DNA of 59,446 bases from Lachnospiraceae bacterium (GCA_017444675.1 JAFSWD010000170.1:1-59446), one strand, 5' to 3'. Positions 17,708 to 28,036 are shown, counted from the first letter of the stretch. Numbers and translations are program-made. The notes: a model not told the origin generated them from the sequence alone.

Positions 17708-20383
17708 ATGGTTAAAAAAATGGGAGTTAATGAACTCCGTAAATCCTATCTTGATTTTTTTGAAACAAAAGGACACTTAAAGCTTAACAGCTTTTCGCTC
17801 GTTCCTCAAAATGATAAATCACTTTTGCTGATCAATGCGGGCATGGCACCTATGAAGCCTTATTTTACAGGGCAGGAGATCCCTCCGAGAAATCGTGTAT
17901 GTACTTGCCAGAAATGTATCAAAACGGGTGATATTGAAAATGTAGGACATACAGCGCGTCATCTTACTTTCTTTGAAATGCTGGGAAATTTCTCCTTCGG
18001 CGATTACTTTAAGAGAGAAGCCATCCATTGGAGCTGGGAATTCCTTACAAAGGTAGTGGGACTCGAAGCTGACAGACTTTATCCTTCCATCTACGGAGAG
18101 GATGATGAAGCATTTGAGATCTGGAATAAGGAGATAGGTATTCCTGCGGAAAAGATCACAAGATTCTATCGTGATCCGGTAACCAAAGAATGCGATAACT
18201 TCTGGGAGCATGGCGCAGGTCCTTGCGGTCCCTGCTCTGAGATCTATTACGACAGAGGTATCAAATACGGTTGCGGTATGCCTGATTGTAAGGTGGGCTG
18301 TGATTGCGACAGGTTCATGGAAGTTTGGAACAACGTATTCACTCAATTTGAAAACGACGGCAAAGGCAATTATACCGAGCTTAAGCAGAAGAACATCGAT
18401 ACGGGTATGGGACTTGAACGTCTGGCAGTAGTTGTTCAGGACGTGGACACAGTTTTTGATATAGATACGATGAAAGCCATCAGAGATGCGGTTTGTCATC
18501 TTGCAAATACCGAATATGAATCTGATCCCGTAAAGGATGTATCCATCCGTCTTATTACCGACCATATCCGTTCCGTTACCTTCATGACATCGGACGGTAT
18601 CACGCCTTCCAATGGTGGCAGAGGATATGTTTTAAGAAGACTCCTTCGTCGTGCCGCACGTCACGGAAGACTGTTGGGCATCGACGGATTATTCCTTGCA
18701 AAGCTTTGCCAGGTAGTTATAAACGAATCCAAGGACGGCTATCCGGAGCTTGAGGAAAAGAAGGATTTCATTTTAAAGGTTATCACCAACGAGGAAGAGA
18801 CCTTTAACAAGACTATAGATAAGGGACTTGCCATCCTTTCAGAAATGGAAGAAAAGTGCTCCAAAGCAGGATCCAAGATCCTTTCTGGAGAAGATGTATT
18901 TAAGCTTTATGACACCTATGGATTCCCTACAGATCTTACTGAAGAGATCCTTTCCGATAAGGGAATGACCTATGACAAAGAAGGTTTCAAACTTTGCATG
19001 GAGAAGCAGAAGGCTGCCGCAAGAGCCGACAGAAAGAATAAAGGTGCCAATGCATCTTATATGGGTGCAGACGCAACTGTCTACGATCTGATCGATCCCG
19101 CTGTAACCTCATCCTTTGTAGGTTATGAAAACCTTGAATATAATTCGAAGATATCTGTTCTTACCACTGAGACCGAGCTTACGGATACATTGACAGAAGG
19201 TCAGGTAGGAACCATAATCGTTGACGAAACTCCTTTCTATGCCACAATGGGTGGTCAGGAAGCAGATACCGGTTACATTACCTTCGGTGAAAGCAGCAGT
19301 TTTGCCGTAAGCGATGTTATTAAGCTTAAAGGCGGCAGGATCGGACATGTGGGTGTTGTTGAAAGCGGTTCCTTCAGCGTAGGCAACGAAGTTACTCTTT
19401 CGGTTGATAAGAATCAGAGAAATGCAACCTGCAAAAACCATTCCGCCACGCACCTTCTTCAGGAAGCACTTCGTCAGGTTCTCGGAACTCACGTTGAGCA
19501 GAAGGGTTCTTTGGTAAACGAAGAAAGACTTCGTTTTGACTTCTCTCATTTCTCTGCAATGACAAGTGATGAGATAAAGAGAGTTGAAGATATCGTTAAC
19601 GAAAAGATCCGTGAAAATATCTCCATCGTCACAAAGGAAATGCCCATTGCGGAAGCTGAAAAAACCGGTGCAAAGCATCTTTTCAACGAAAAGTACGGTG
19701 CAACCGTCAGAGTGGTTAATATGGGCGACTGGTCCATAGAATTCTGCGGCGGTACACATGCATTAAATACAGGTGCTATCGGAAGCTTTAAGATCGTTTC
19801 CGAGTCCGGTATCGCAGCAGGCACAAGAAGAATTGAAGCGTTGACCGGAGAGGGCGTGCTTGAGTATTACAGAAATGTCGAAAAGGAGATGCTTGATGCT
19901 GTTAAAGCAGCCAAATGTGAACCCGGTAATCTTGCCAAGAAGATCGAAGCAATGCTTGATGAGATCAAGTCATTAAAGAGCGAGAATGAAAAGCTTAAAG
20001 CTAAACTTGCTTCAAATTCCGCTTCCGATGTTTACTCCAAAGTAACAGAAAAGAACGGTGTAAAACTTCTCGCAGCAGAGATAGCAGATTCCGACGGAAA
20101 TGCGCTTAAGACTCTGGGTGATGATATGAAAGCAAAGCTGGGAACAGCATTTGTCCTTCTTATCAGCAATGTTGACGGTAAGGTTGCAATTGTTTCCATG
20201 GCTACCGATGATGCGGTTGCAAAGGGAGCTCATTGCGGTAATCTGATCCGTGAAGTAGCCGGACTTCTCGGAGGTGGCGGCGGCGGTCGTCCCAACATGG
20301 CTCAGGCAGGCGGTAAAGATCCTTCGGGTATCGAAAAAGCTCTTGAAAAGGCCAATGAGATCATGAATTCTCAGATCAAATAG
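17708..20383 (+). CDS. alaS: Alanine--tRNA ligase
   Basis: ELRKSYLDFFETKGH, LLINAGMAPMKPYF, editing-domain HSATHLL, C-terminal GGGGGGRPNMAQAGG. ATG 17708 follows GGAGG; the ORF is also open from 17696. Confidence 0.96.
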   Translation: MVKKMGVNELRKSYLDFFETKGHLKLNSFSLVPQNDKSLLLINAGMAPMKPYFTGQEIPPRNRVCTCQKCIKTGDIENVGHTARHLTFFEMLGNFSFGDYFKREAIHWSWEFLTKVVGLEADRLYPSIYGEDDEAFEIWNKEIGIPAEKITRFYRDPVTKECDNFWEHGAGPCGPCSEIYYDRGIKYGCGMPDCKVGCDCDRFMEVWNNVFTQFENDGKGNYTELKQKNIDTGMGLERLAVVVQDVDTVFDIDTMKAIRDAVCHLANTEYESDPVKDVSIRLITDHIRSVTFMTSDGITPSNGGRGYVLRRLLRRAARHGRLLGIDGLFLAKLCQVVINESKDGYPELEEKKDFILKVITNEEETFNKTIDKGLAILSEMEEKCSKAGSKILSGEDVFKLYDTYGFPTDLTEEILSDKGMTYDKEGFKLCMEKQKAAARADRKNKGANASYMGADATVYDLIDPAVTSSFVGYENLEYNSKISVLTTETELTDTLTEGQVGTIIVDETPFYATMGGQEADTGYITFGESSSFAVSDVIKLKGGRIGHVGVVESGSFSVGNEVTLSVDKNQRNATCKNHSATHLLQEALRQVLGTHVEQKGSLVNEERLRFDFSHFSAMTSDEIKRVEDIVNEKIRENISIVTKEMPIAEAEKTGAKHLFNEKYGATVRVVNMGDWSIEFCGGTHALNTGAIGSFKIVSESGIAAGTRRIEALTGEGVLEYYRNVEKEMLDAVKAAKCEPGNLAKKIEAMLDEIKSLKSENEKLKAKLASNSASDVYSKVTEKNGVKLLAAEIADSDGNALKTLGDDMKAKLGTAFVLLISNVDGKVAIVSMATDDAVAKGAHCGNLIREVAGLLGGGGGGRPNMAQAGGKDPSGIEKALEKANEIMNSQIK

Positions 20384-20413
20384 GACACAGATCAACTTTT
20401 TTAGCTGAAAGCC

Positions 20414-20442
20414 TTGACAATTAAGGGCTTTGATGCTATAAA
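20414..20442 (+). promoter_or_regulatory. Sigma-A promoter (extended -10) for the rimP-nusA-infB operon
   Basis: TTGACA (20414-20419), 17-nt spacer ending TGc, TATAAA (20437-20442). Confidence 0.6.
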
Positions 20443-20465
20443 TTTATATGATATTATGACTAGTT

Positions 20466-20496
20466 AAGAGTGGATGCGAATCCACTCTTTACTTTT
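20466..20496 (+). terminator. Leader hairpin / candidate attenuator between the promoter and rimP
   Basis: Perfect 10-bp stem AAGAGTGGAT / ATCCACTCTT with GNRA loop GCGA, followed by an interrupted U-tract TTTACTTTTG. It lies downstream of the promoter and 25 nt upstream of the rimP start. Confidence 0.5.
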
Positions 20497-20521
20497 GCAA
20501 ATAAAAACGAAGGAGATATGA

Positions 20522-20989
20522 ATGTCCAAAAGAGATGATTATTGTTCCAAAACCGAAAAAATAGCTGCACCTATCTGCGAAGAACTTAATTTTGAGCTGG
20601 TGGATGTGGAATTTGTTAAAGAGGCCGGAACAGATTATTTGAGGGTTTACATTGATAAGCCCGGCGGTATCACTGTGAATGAATGTGAGATCGTAAGCAG
20701 AAGAATGAATGACATTCTTGACGAACAGGATTTCATAGAAGAATCCTATATTTTTGAGGTTAGTTCTCCGGGACTCGGAAGAGCTCTTAAAAAGGATAAG
20801 GATTTCAAAAGAAGCCTGGGAGAAGAGGTGGAAGTCAAGCTTTTTAAAGCGGTTGACGGCCAAAAGGAGTTTAACGGATATCTTAAGGATTTTGATGATA
20901 AGACAGTTACTCTTACACTCGAAAATGACGAAACCTTCGTGACGGAAAGAGTAAATATAGCCAAGATCAATCTTGCGGTACACTTTTAA
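20522..20989 (+). CDS. rimP: Ribosome maturation factor RimP
   Basis: 155 aa. AGGAG RBS. RimP-like sequence (LVDVEFVKEAGTDYLRVYIDKPGGI, FEVSSPGLGRALK). rimP-nusA synteny. Confidence 0.9.
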   Translation: MSKRDDYCSKTEKIAAPICEELNFELVDVEFVKEAGTDYLRVYIDKPGGITVNECEIVSRRMNDILDEQDFIEESYIFEVSSPGLGRALKKDKDFKRSLGEEVEVKLFKAVDGQKEFNGYLKDFDDKTVTLTLENDETFVTERVNIAKINLAVHF

Positions 20990-21044
20990 AGTCAAACCGC
21001 ACTTTATTACAGAAAAAATGACAGATAAATAGGAGGAAATTAAA

Positions 21045-22187
21045 ATGGCAGCCAGAAAAAAGAGTACTGCAAAAGCAGCACCTGAGGCAAACAATGAACT
21101 GATAATGGCATTAGAGGCAATAGAAAAGGAAAAAGGCATATCAAAGGAAGTTATGCTTGAAACTATCGAGACTTCACTTATAACAGCCTGCAAAGATGAG
21201 TTTAAACAGGCGGAAAATATTAAGATCAATTTCGATCCCATCACTTCTACTTTTAAGGTATTTGAAGAAAAGACAGTGGTTGATGTGGTTGAGGATGATA
21301 ATCTGCAGATATCCAAGGAGGCTGCAAGGATCCGTTTCAACGCTCCTTACGAAGAGGGAGATGTGGTAAACATTGAAGTTACTCCCAAGGATTTCGGAAG
21401 AAAGGCTGCTCAAAAGGCTAAGCAGGTTATCGTTCAAAAGATCCGCGAAGAGGAAAGAAAGGCTCTTTTCTCCAGCTACAGCATGAAGGAAAATGATATT
21501 GTTACAGGTATCATCCAGTGCTTCCAGGATCCTGACAGAGGAAACTACAACATCATCGTTTCTCTGGGAAAAATCGAAACCATTCTTCCCGTCGCTGAGC
21601 AGATCAAGGGCGAAGAGTTCTATAAGAATGAGAGAGTTAAGCTCTATGTTACAAGAGTTGAGGATACACCCAAGGGTCCCAGAGTATCGGTTTCCAGAAC
21701 TCATCCCAATCTTGTAAAGAGACTTTTTGAAGAAGAAGTTACAGAGATAGCTGACGGTATTGTAGAGATCAAAAACATTTCCCGTGAAGCAGGACAGAGA
21801 ACCAAGATCTCCGTTCATTCAAACGATCCAAATGTTGATCCCGTAGGTGCCTGTGTAGGTGTAAACGGAACCAGAGTTAATGCTATCGTTGATGAACTTC
21901 ACGGCGAAAAGATAGATATAATCGTCTGGAACGAGGATCCGGCAGTTCTTATCGAGAATTCCTTAAGCCCCGCAAAGGTTGTATCCGTTACTGTAGATCC
22001 CAATGAAAAGAAGGCGAGAGTTATTGTTCCCGATTATCAGCTTTCACTTGCCATCGGAAGAGAAGGCCAGAATGCAAGACTTGCCGCAAAGCTTACAGGA
22101 TATAAGATCGATATTAAATCCGAATCTCAAGAAGCGGGAATTGATTTTAACGATGCAGAGGTTCAGGTTCCCGAAGAGGAAGAATAA
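21045..22187 (+). CDS. nusA: Transcription termination/antitermination factor NusA
   Basis: AGGAGG RBS. S1 and two KH domains (VDPVGACVGVNGTRV, LAIGREGQNARLAAKLTG). Confidence 0.96.
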   Translation: MAARKKSTAKAAPEANNELIMALEAIEKEKGISKEVMLETIETSLITACKDEFKQAENIKINFDPITSTFKVFEEKTVVDVVEDDNLQISKEAARIRFNAPYEEGDVVNIEVTPKDFGRKAAQKAKQVIVQKIREEERKALFSSYSMKENDIVTGIIQCFQDPDRGNYNIIVSLGKIETILPVAEQIKGEEFYKNERVKLYVTRVEDTPKGPRVSVSRTHPNLVKRLFEEEVTEIADGIVEIKNISREAGQRTKISVHSNDPNVDPVGACVGVNGTRVNAIVDELHGEKIDIIVWNEDPAVLIENSLSPAKVVSVTVDPNEKKARVIVPDYQLSLAIGREGQNARLAAKLTGYKIDIKSESQEAGIDFNDAEVQVPEEEE

Positions 22188-22188
22188 A

Positions 22189-22458
22189 ATGGCAGAAAAA
22201 AAGATCCCTATGAGAAAATGTACCGGATGCGGCGCAGTTAAGTCCAAAAAAGAACTTATCCGCGTGTTAAGAACTCCGGAGGGAGATATCAAGATCGATA
22301 AAACCGGTAGAGCCAATGGCCGTGGAGCATATATATGCGATTCGGTCGAGTGCTTTAAAAAAGCAAGAAGATCCGGCAGTATTGCAAAATCCCTTTCTAC
22401 CGCAATACCCGATGAAGTTTATGATGAACTCATCAAGGAGATGGAAAATAATGGATGA
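22189..22458 (+). CDS. ylxR: YlxR/DUF448 family RNA-binding protein
   Basis: Starts 2 nt after the nusA stop. PMRKCTGCGAVKSKKELIRV and GRGAYIC motifs. The upstream part of the 22003 ORF overlaps nusA and is not used. Confidence 0.85.
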   Translation: MAEKKIPMRKCTGCGAVKSKKELIRVLRTPEGDIKIDKTGRANGRGAYICDSVECFKKARRSGSIAKSLSTAIPDEVYDELIKEMENNG

Positions 22459-22792
22459 TAATTCCAGAAAAAGTCTTTTAACCTTTCTGTCACTCATGCA
22501 AAAAGCAGGCAAGCTTCAAAGCGGTGAGTTTCAGACAGAAACAGCGGTTAAGGCCGGAAAAGCTTTTTGTGTTATTGTTGCGGAAGACGCATCGGATAAC
22601 ACCCAAAAATTGTTCAACGATAAATGTTCATTTTACAAGGTACCGATAATTGTTTTCGGTAAAAAGGAGGAACTTGGATCTGCGATAGGTAAGCAAGAGC
22701 GCTCATCTGTTGCAATAATAGATGAAGGCTTCGCAAAGAGCTTTCAAAATAAGATGTTAACCCTTGAAAAGATCATGAAGGAGTTCAATTAA
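22451..22792 (+). CDS. ylxQ: L7Ae/L30e-family RNA-binding protein (YlxQ-like)
   Basis: ATG 22451 overlaps the ylxR stop (ATGGATGA). LSLMQKAGKLQSGEF...AFCVIVAEDASDNT resembles YlxQ. Conserved nusA-ylxR-ylxQ-infB order. Confidence 0.8.
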   Translation: MDDNSRKSLLTFLSLMQKAGKLQSGEFQTETAVKAGKAFCVIVAEDASDNTQKLFNDKCSFYKVPIIVFGKKEELGSAIGKQERSSVAIIDEGFAKSFQNKMLTLEKIMKEFN

Positions 22793-25700
22793 TGGCAAAA
22801 AAGAGAATATCCGAATTATCCGGAGAACTTAATGTATCAAACAAAGAAATAATAGATTTTCTCAACGCTCACAATGTGGAGGTATCAAGCCACATGAACA
22901 GCGTTGATGAAGATGCTGTAAAAATGGTGAACGAGCATTTTGGAAAGAAGAGGGGTGCACCTGCAAGAAGCGAAATCAAAAACGCTCCCGCAGGAAATGC
23001 ACCTATGGGACTGAGACCCGTGCGAAGGACCAATGACGTGCAGGGCGCTCCCAGAAAAATGCTTAGCGGCCCCGAAGAAAAGAGACAATTAATGCAGCTA
23101 CAGAATCAAAGAAGACAAATGGCTGAAGGCCCTCGCAGCGGACAGCCCGTAAGAAGAATGCTGGATGGTCCCGAGGAAAGAAGACAAATGCAGCAGGGAC
23201 AGAAGAGGCAGATGTTAAACGGACCTCAGGACAGAAAAGCACCCTTTGCGGGACAGAGAAATCAGCGTCCGACAGGACCTAGAGCCAACGGTCCCAGAAC
23301 AATAAACGGAGTAGTAATATCCAGCGATGAAGGTGACAACCGTCTTATTCACGGTACTTTCAGATCTGAGGAAGAACTTGAGGCTTTAAAGAGAGAAAAG
23401 ATCAAGGAAAACCAGGCGAGACGTGAAGCGGAAAAAGTAAACGCAGCTAAGAAGGCAGCCGAGGACGAAGCAAAGGCAAATGAACTTGCCGCCAAAGCTC
23501 GTAAAGAAGCCGCTGATATAGAAAAGAACATCGAAGAACAAAAGGCGGTTGAAGCAGAAAGGATCCGTGCGGAAAAAGCTGCCGAAGCAGCAAAAGCAGA
23601 AGAAGCAGCAACACCTTCTTCCGCCGATGCACCCGTTGATAATAAGAACGAGGGTGAAGATAAGCCTGAAAAGGTATTTAAGACACTTAATAATCCCGTT
23701 CGTCCCAACATTATCAAGCGCGCCGGCGCAGACAGCGTTAACCGTGCGAACATGGGTGAAAGAAAAACTGACCGTCCTCAGAACGGTGAAAGACGTTCAC
23801 TTAACAACGAGAATCGTCCCGATCGCAGAAATGAGGGAAGAGACACAGTTTCAAGAAATCAGGATCGTCAGAACGGACCCAGAAGCAATAATCGTCCTAC
23901 TTCCGACAGAAACCATTTCCAGAAGGTTGAGAGTAAATATGACGGCAATAATCGCGGTCACAGCAACCTTTTTGAGAATAAAAGCCAGAGAAGCTACGGT
24001 GCAAGTGCTGTATCCGGAGGAGCAAGAGACAATAACGGCGGAAGCAGAGGCCGCAGCAGCGGATTTTCCACCAGACCTCAGGGAGGCTTCGGAGGAGGCA
24101 AGGATGAAGATGAGTCCAGGCCTGTTTCTCATGCAAGAGATCCCAAGAAGAGGAGTAATTCACCTGAAATTGCTGAGTCAATGAAGCAGCAGACCAACCG
24201 CAGAAACGACAAGAGCAAAGACAGGGAAAAGGCAAATAAGCGCTTTGATGACTATGATGAGCTTCAGGGCGGCAAGAAGGGCAAGCTCAAGGATCCTAAC
24301 CGTGCGGGAGCTTTCCATAAGCCCGAACCCGTTAAAACTCAGGTTGAAGAAGATGCTATCAAGACCATCAGTATACCTGATGTTCTTACCATCCAGGAAC
24401 TTGCCGATAAGATGAAGATTAAGGGCGCAGATATCGTTAAGAAGCTTTTCCTTTCCGGTAAGATCTGTTCCGTTAACTCGGATATCTCTTTTGAAGAAGC
24501 TGAGAATATCGCACTTGAATACGAGATCATTGCCGAACATGAAGAAAAAGTGGATATGGTTGCCGAACTTCTTAAGGAAGATGAAGAAGATGAAAATAAG
24601 ATGGTTAAGCGTCCTCCCGTTGTTTGCGTAATGGGACACGTTGACCACGGTAAAACATCCCTTCTTGATGCTATCCGTACCACTAATGTTACTTCAAGAG
24701 AAGCAGGCGGTATCACGCAGCACATCGGTGCTTATATGGTCGAGATCAACGGTCAGAAGATCACATTCCTGGATACACCCGGACATGAGGCCTTCACTGC
24801 AATGCGTATGCGTGGCGCAAATTCAACGGATATCGCAGTTCTGGTCGTTGCTGCCGATGACGGCGTAATGCCTCAGACCATTGAAGCCATTAACCATGCA
24901 AAGGCTGCAGGCGTAGAGATCATTGTAGCGGTCAATAAGATCGATAAGCCCACCGCAAATATTGAAAGAGTTAAGAGAGAACTTACCGAATATGGTCTTG
25001 TATCCGAAGAATGGGGCGGAAGCACTACCTTCGTACCCGTTTCCGCAAAGACTCATGAAGGTATCGAACAACTCCTGGAAATGATCATCCTTACCGCGGA
25101 TGTACTTGAATTAAAGGCTAATCCGGATCGTCAGGCCAGAGGTATCGTTGTAGAGGCTCAGCTTGATAAGGGACGTGGTCCTGTGGCTACAGTTCTTGTT
25201 CAAAAGGGTACTCTTAAGATCGGTGACAATGTGGTTATCGGTTCTGCTATGGGTAAGGTCCGTGCTCTTATCAACGACAAGCACGAAAAAGTAAAGATGG
25301 CTACACCTTCAATGCCTGTTGAGATCCTTGGACTCAATTCCGTTCCCGATGCAGGTGAAGTAGTGGTTGCCACCGCAAACGAAAAAGAAGCCAAGGCTAT
25401 TGCCAATGCATATATTGCCCAGAATAAGGAGAAACTCATCGCCGAGACTAAGGCTAAGCTTTCCCTTGACGGATTGTTCTCACAGATCCAGGCAGGTAAT
25501 GTAAAAGAATTGAACGTGATCGTAAAGGCAGATGTACAGGGTTCTGTAGAAGCTATCAAGCAGTCCCTTATAAAGCTTTCCAACGAAGAAGTGGCCGTTC
25601 GTATCATCCACAGCGGTGTAGGTGCGGTCAATGAATCGGATGCAACCCTTGCGGGTGCTTCCAATGCTATCATCATTGCCTTCAATGTTAAGGCAGATAA

Positions 25701-26112
25701 TACAGCTAAGGATATCTGTGACAGAGAAAAGATCGATCTCAGAAACTACAGTGTCATCTATGATGCTATTGACGATGTGGAATCTGAAATGAAGGGTATG
25801 CTTGATCCTGTGTTTGAGGAGCAGATCATTGCTCATGCGGAAGTAAGACAGACCTTCAAGGCATCGCAGGTTGGCATCATCGCCGGTTCCTTTGTTCTGG
25901 ACGGTAAGATCGTCCGTGGCTGCAAGGCACGTATCACACGTGGCGGAAATCAGATATTTGACGGAAATCTCGCTTCCTTAAAGAGATTCAAGGATGATGT
26001 TAAGGAAGTTAATGCAGGATATGAATGCGGTCTTGTTTTTGAAAAGTTCAGCGATCTTCTTGAGGGAGACCAGATCGAACTTTATCAGATGGTAGAGGTA
26101 CCGAGAAAATGA
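22792..26112 (+). CDS. infB: Translation initiation factor IF-2 (1106 aa, long low-complexity N-terminal region)
   Basis: TAATG overlap with ylxQ. GTPase motifs [26 protein letters not shown]-terminal IF-2 domains. Confidence 0.97.
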   Translation: MAKKRISELSGELNVSNKEIIDFLNAHNVEVSSHMNSVDEDAVKMVNEHFGKKRGAPARSEIKNAPAGNAPMGLRPVRRTNDVQGAPRKMLSGPEEKRQLMQLQNQRRQMAEGPRSGQPVRRMLDGPEERRQMQQGQKRQMLNGPQDRKAPFAGQRNQRPTGPRANGPRTINGVVISSDEGDNRLIHGTFRSEEELEALKREKIKENQARREAEKVNAAKKAAEDEAKANELAAKARKEAADIEKNIEEQKAVEAERIRAEKAAEAAKAEEAATPSSADAPVDNKNEGEDKPEKVFKTLNNPVRPNIIKRAGADSVNRANMGERKTDRPQNGERRSLNNENRPDRRNEGRDTVSRNQDRQNGPRSNNRPTSDRNHFQKVESKYDGNNRGHSNLFENKSQRSYGASAVSGGARDNNGGSRGRSSGFSTRPQGGFGGGKDEDESRPVSHARDPKKRSNSPEIAESMKQQTNRRNDKSKDREKANKRFDDYDELQGGKKGKLKDPNRAGAFHKPEPVKTQVEEDAIKTISIPDVLTIQELADKMKIKGADIVKKLFLSGKICSVNSDISFEEAENIALEYEIIAEHEEKVDMVAELLKEDEEDENKMVKRPPVVCVMGHVDHGKTSLLDAIRTTNVTSREAGGITQHIGAYMVEINGQKITFLDTPGHEAFTAMRMRGANSTDIAVLVVAADDGVMPQTIEAINHAKAAGVEIIVAVNKIDKPTANIERVKRELTEYGLVSEEWGGSTTFVPVSAKTHEGIEQLLEMIILTADVLELKANPDRQARGIVVEAQLDKGRGPVATVLVQKGTLKIGDNVVIGSAMGKVRALINDKHEKVKMATPSMPVEILGLNSVPDAGEVVVATANEKEAKAIANAYIAQNKEKLIAETKAKLSLDGLFSQIQAGNVKELNVIVKADVQGSVEAIKQSLIKLSNEEVAVRIIHSGVGAVNESDATLAGASNAIIIAFNVKADNTAKDICDREKIDLRNYSVIYDAIDDVESEMKGMLDPVFEEQIIAHAEVRQTFKASQVGIIAGSFVLDGKIVRGCKARITRGGNQIFDGNLASLKRFKDDVKEVNAGYECGLVFEKFSDLLEGDQIELYQMVEVPRK

Positions 26113-26489
26113 AAAAAAACAGCATTAAAAACATTCGTGTGAGTCAGGAAGTTCTTCGTGAACTTTCCCTGATCATACGTGATGAGGTACATGATCCTAG
26201 GATCGATCCGTTTACAAGCGTCGTTGACGTATATGTGGCTCCGGATCTGAAGACAGCCAAGGTCTGGGTCAGTGTTTTAGGCGGAGAAGAGTCCAAGAAG
26301 AATACCCTTAAAGGCCTCAATTCGGCTGCCGGTTTCATTCGTGGAAGGCTTGCTCATACCATGAATATGAGGAATACTCCGGAATTGATCTTTGTTGTGG
26401 ATCAAACCATAGAATACGGTGTAAACATGTCTAAAAAGATAGATGATGTTATGGCCGCAATGCCCAAGAGAGAAGATGAAGAAGAGTAA
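26109..26489 (+). CDS. rbfA: Ribosome-binding factor A
   Basis: ATGA overlap with infB. RbfA-like sequence (RVSQEVLRELSLII, DLKTAKVWVSVLG, TPELIFVVD). Confidence 0.93.
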   Translation: MKKNSIKNIRVSQEVLRELSLIIRDEVHDPRIDPFTSVVDVYVAPDLKTAKVWVSVLGGEESKKNTLKGLNSAAGFIRGRLAHTMNMRNTPELIFVVDQTIEYGVNMSKKIDDVMAAMPKREDEEE

Positions 26490-26515
26490 TACTCTTTGTT
26501 CGTCCGTAAAGGAAT

Positions 26516-27427
26516 ATGATCAACGGAATTATAAATATATACAAGGAAGAGGGTTTCACCTCCCATGATGTGGTGGCAAAACTCAGAGGAATTTTGCATT
26601 TTAAGCATATAGGACATACAGGAACCCTAGATCCTATGGCAACAGGTGTGCTTCCGGTCTGCATAGGTTCTGCTACGAAACTGTGCGATATGGAAACCGC
26701 CAAGACAAAAATATATGAGGCAGAAGTACTGTTCGGAACAGCTACAGACACCGAAGATATTACGGGAAAGGTTATAAAAACCCTTCCCGTTAATTGTGAT
26801 GAGGAACAGCTTAAAAGCAGTTTTAAAGCCTTCACCGGTGATATAATGCAGATGCCTCCCATGTATTCAGCCATCAAGGTGGAAGGTAAAAAGCTGTATG
26901 AACTTGCCAGAGCAGGAAAAACAGCTGAAGTGGCAAAAAGACCGGTAACCATCCATTCCATAGAATTGCTCGATACTGTAAAAGATGAAAAAGATCTTTT
27001 AAAAGAAGCACGTATCAGGATCACCTGCGGCAAAGGCACTTATATCAGAAGTCTTTGCAGGGATCTGGGAGAAGAGCTGGGAACCTGTGCATGCATGAAA
27101 TCTCTGGTCAGAATGAAAACAGGAAGATTTGAGATAGAGAGTGCCGTAACGCTTTCGGAGGTGGCAAAGGCTGCCGGGGAAGACAGGCTTTCCGATGTGA
27201 TCTTACCCATTGATGAGTATTTTAATGAATACCCCGTGCTTTCTACAAAAGAAGAATTTGATAAACTTGTACGGAACGGTAATCCTTTAAGAAAAAGAGA
27301 AGTTACTACTTGTGTAGATTCAACGTTTTACAGAGTATATGATTCCTGTGGAGATTTCTGCGGCATATATTTCTTCGATCCTGCGGATAACAAGTATAAA
27401 CCCGAAAAAATGTTCCTTTCCATGTGA
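26516..27427 (+). CDS. truB: tRNA pseudouridine-55 synthase
   Basis: GIINIYKEEGFTSHDVV, catalytic GHTGTLDPMATGVL, MPPMYSAIKVEGKKLYELAR. Confidence 0.95.
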   Translation: MINGIINIYKEEGFTSHDVVAKLRGILHFKHIGHTGTLDPMATGVLPVCIGSATKLCDMETAKTKIYEAEVLFGTATDTEDITGKVIKTLPVNCDEEQLKSSFKAFTGDIMQMPPMYSAIKVEGKKLYELARAGKTAEVAKRPVTIHSIELLDTVKDEKDLLKEARIRITCGKGTYIRSLCRDLGEELGTCACMKSLVRMKTGRFEIESAVTLSEVAKAAGEDRLSDVILPIDEYFNEYPVLSTKEEFDKLVRNGNPLRKREVTTCVDSTFYRVYDSCGDFCGIYFFDPADNKYKPEKMFLSM

Positions 27428-27452
27428 TCTTTATTATTTAGGAGATGATCTG

Positions 27453-27995
27453 ATGATCGTTATCAAAGATCTGAAAAATTTTTCTTCCCCGGGAACTGCT
27501 GTAACAGTGGGAAAGTTTGACGGTGTTCATATCGGACACCAAAAATTACTTGAAGCGTTGTTAAAGGAAAAGGGAAGTCTTGAGTCTTGTGTTTTTACCT
27601 TTGATATCCTTAAAGACAATAATATCCTGGACAGTGAAAACAGGATACTTTCCGAGGAAGAAAAGGAAAAAAAATTCGAAGATCTGGGAATAGAGAAGCT
27701 GATCCTTTTTCCCTTTGATTCCAAGACAGCCTCCATTTCTCCGGAGAATTTTGTAAAAGACATCCTTGTTAAAGGATTAAATTGTAAGCTTCTGGTGGTT
27801 GGAGACGATTTCAGGTTCGGTAAAAACAGAGAAGGGGATATAAACCTTCTTAAAAAGCTTTCAAAAGACCTGGATTTCAGGCTTACAGTCATAAAACGGG
27901 AAGAGTTTGAAGGAAGTCCCGTTTCCAGTTCCAGAATAAGGGAAGAACTTAAAAATAATAATTACAAAAAAGCCGAGGCTATGCTTGGCAAATAA
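27453..27995 (+). CDS. FMN adenylyltransferase (FAD synthetase N-terminal module only; no riboflavin kinase domain)
   Basis: GGAG RBS. 180 aa with GKFDGVHIGHQKLL and SSSRIRE nucleotidyltransferase motifs. It stops where bifunctional RibF would begin its kinase module, and a terminator and promoter follow directly. Confidence 0.75.
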   Translation: MIVIKDLKNFSSPGTAVTVGKFDGVHIGHQKLLEALLKEKGSLESCVFTFDILKDNNILDSENRILSEEEKEKKFEDLGIEKLILFPFDSKTASISPENFVKDILVKGLNCKLLVVGDDFRFGKNREGDINLLKKLSKDLDFRLTVIKREEFEGSPVSSSRIREELKNNNYKKAEAMLGK

Positions 27996-28000
27996 TTTGC

Positions 28001-28036
28001 AGCCTGTAAGGAAAAACACTTGACAGGCTTTTTTTC
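28001..28036 (+). terminator. Intrinsic terminator after the ribF-like gene
   Basis: Stem AGCCTGT (28001-28007) / ACAGGCT (28023-28029) with additional inner pairs, followed by T7. Confidence 0.7.

Noticed and set aside
20489-21340. 283-aa minus-strand ORF spanning rimP, the spacer and the nusA 5' end
   Set aside because: It is antisense to two well-supported genes and in phase with rimP. The product is Ser/Ile/Phe-rich with no motif, and no promoter or RBS is evident. I treat it as a shadow ORF.
22003-22188. N-terminal 62-codon extension of the ylxR ORF
   Set aside because: It overlaps the 3' end of nusA in another frame. The conserved YlxR sequence begins at the ATG at 22189, just after the nusA stop.
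23050-23260. Repeated ~60-nt units that might be mistaken for a repeat array
   Set aside because: The repeats are degenerate, in frame and inside infB, encoding the ML-GP-E-RR motif repeats. They are neither spacer-separated nor CRISPR-like.
27339-27452. Upstream extension of the ribF-like ORF
   Set aside because: It overlaps the truB 3' end out of frame. The GGAG RBS and the conserved FMNAT N-terminus begin at 27453.
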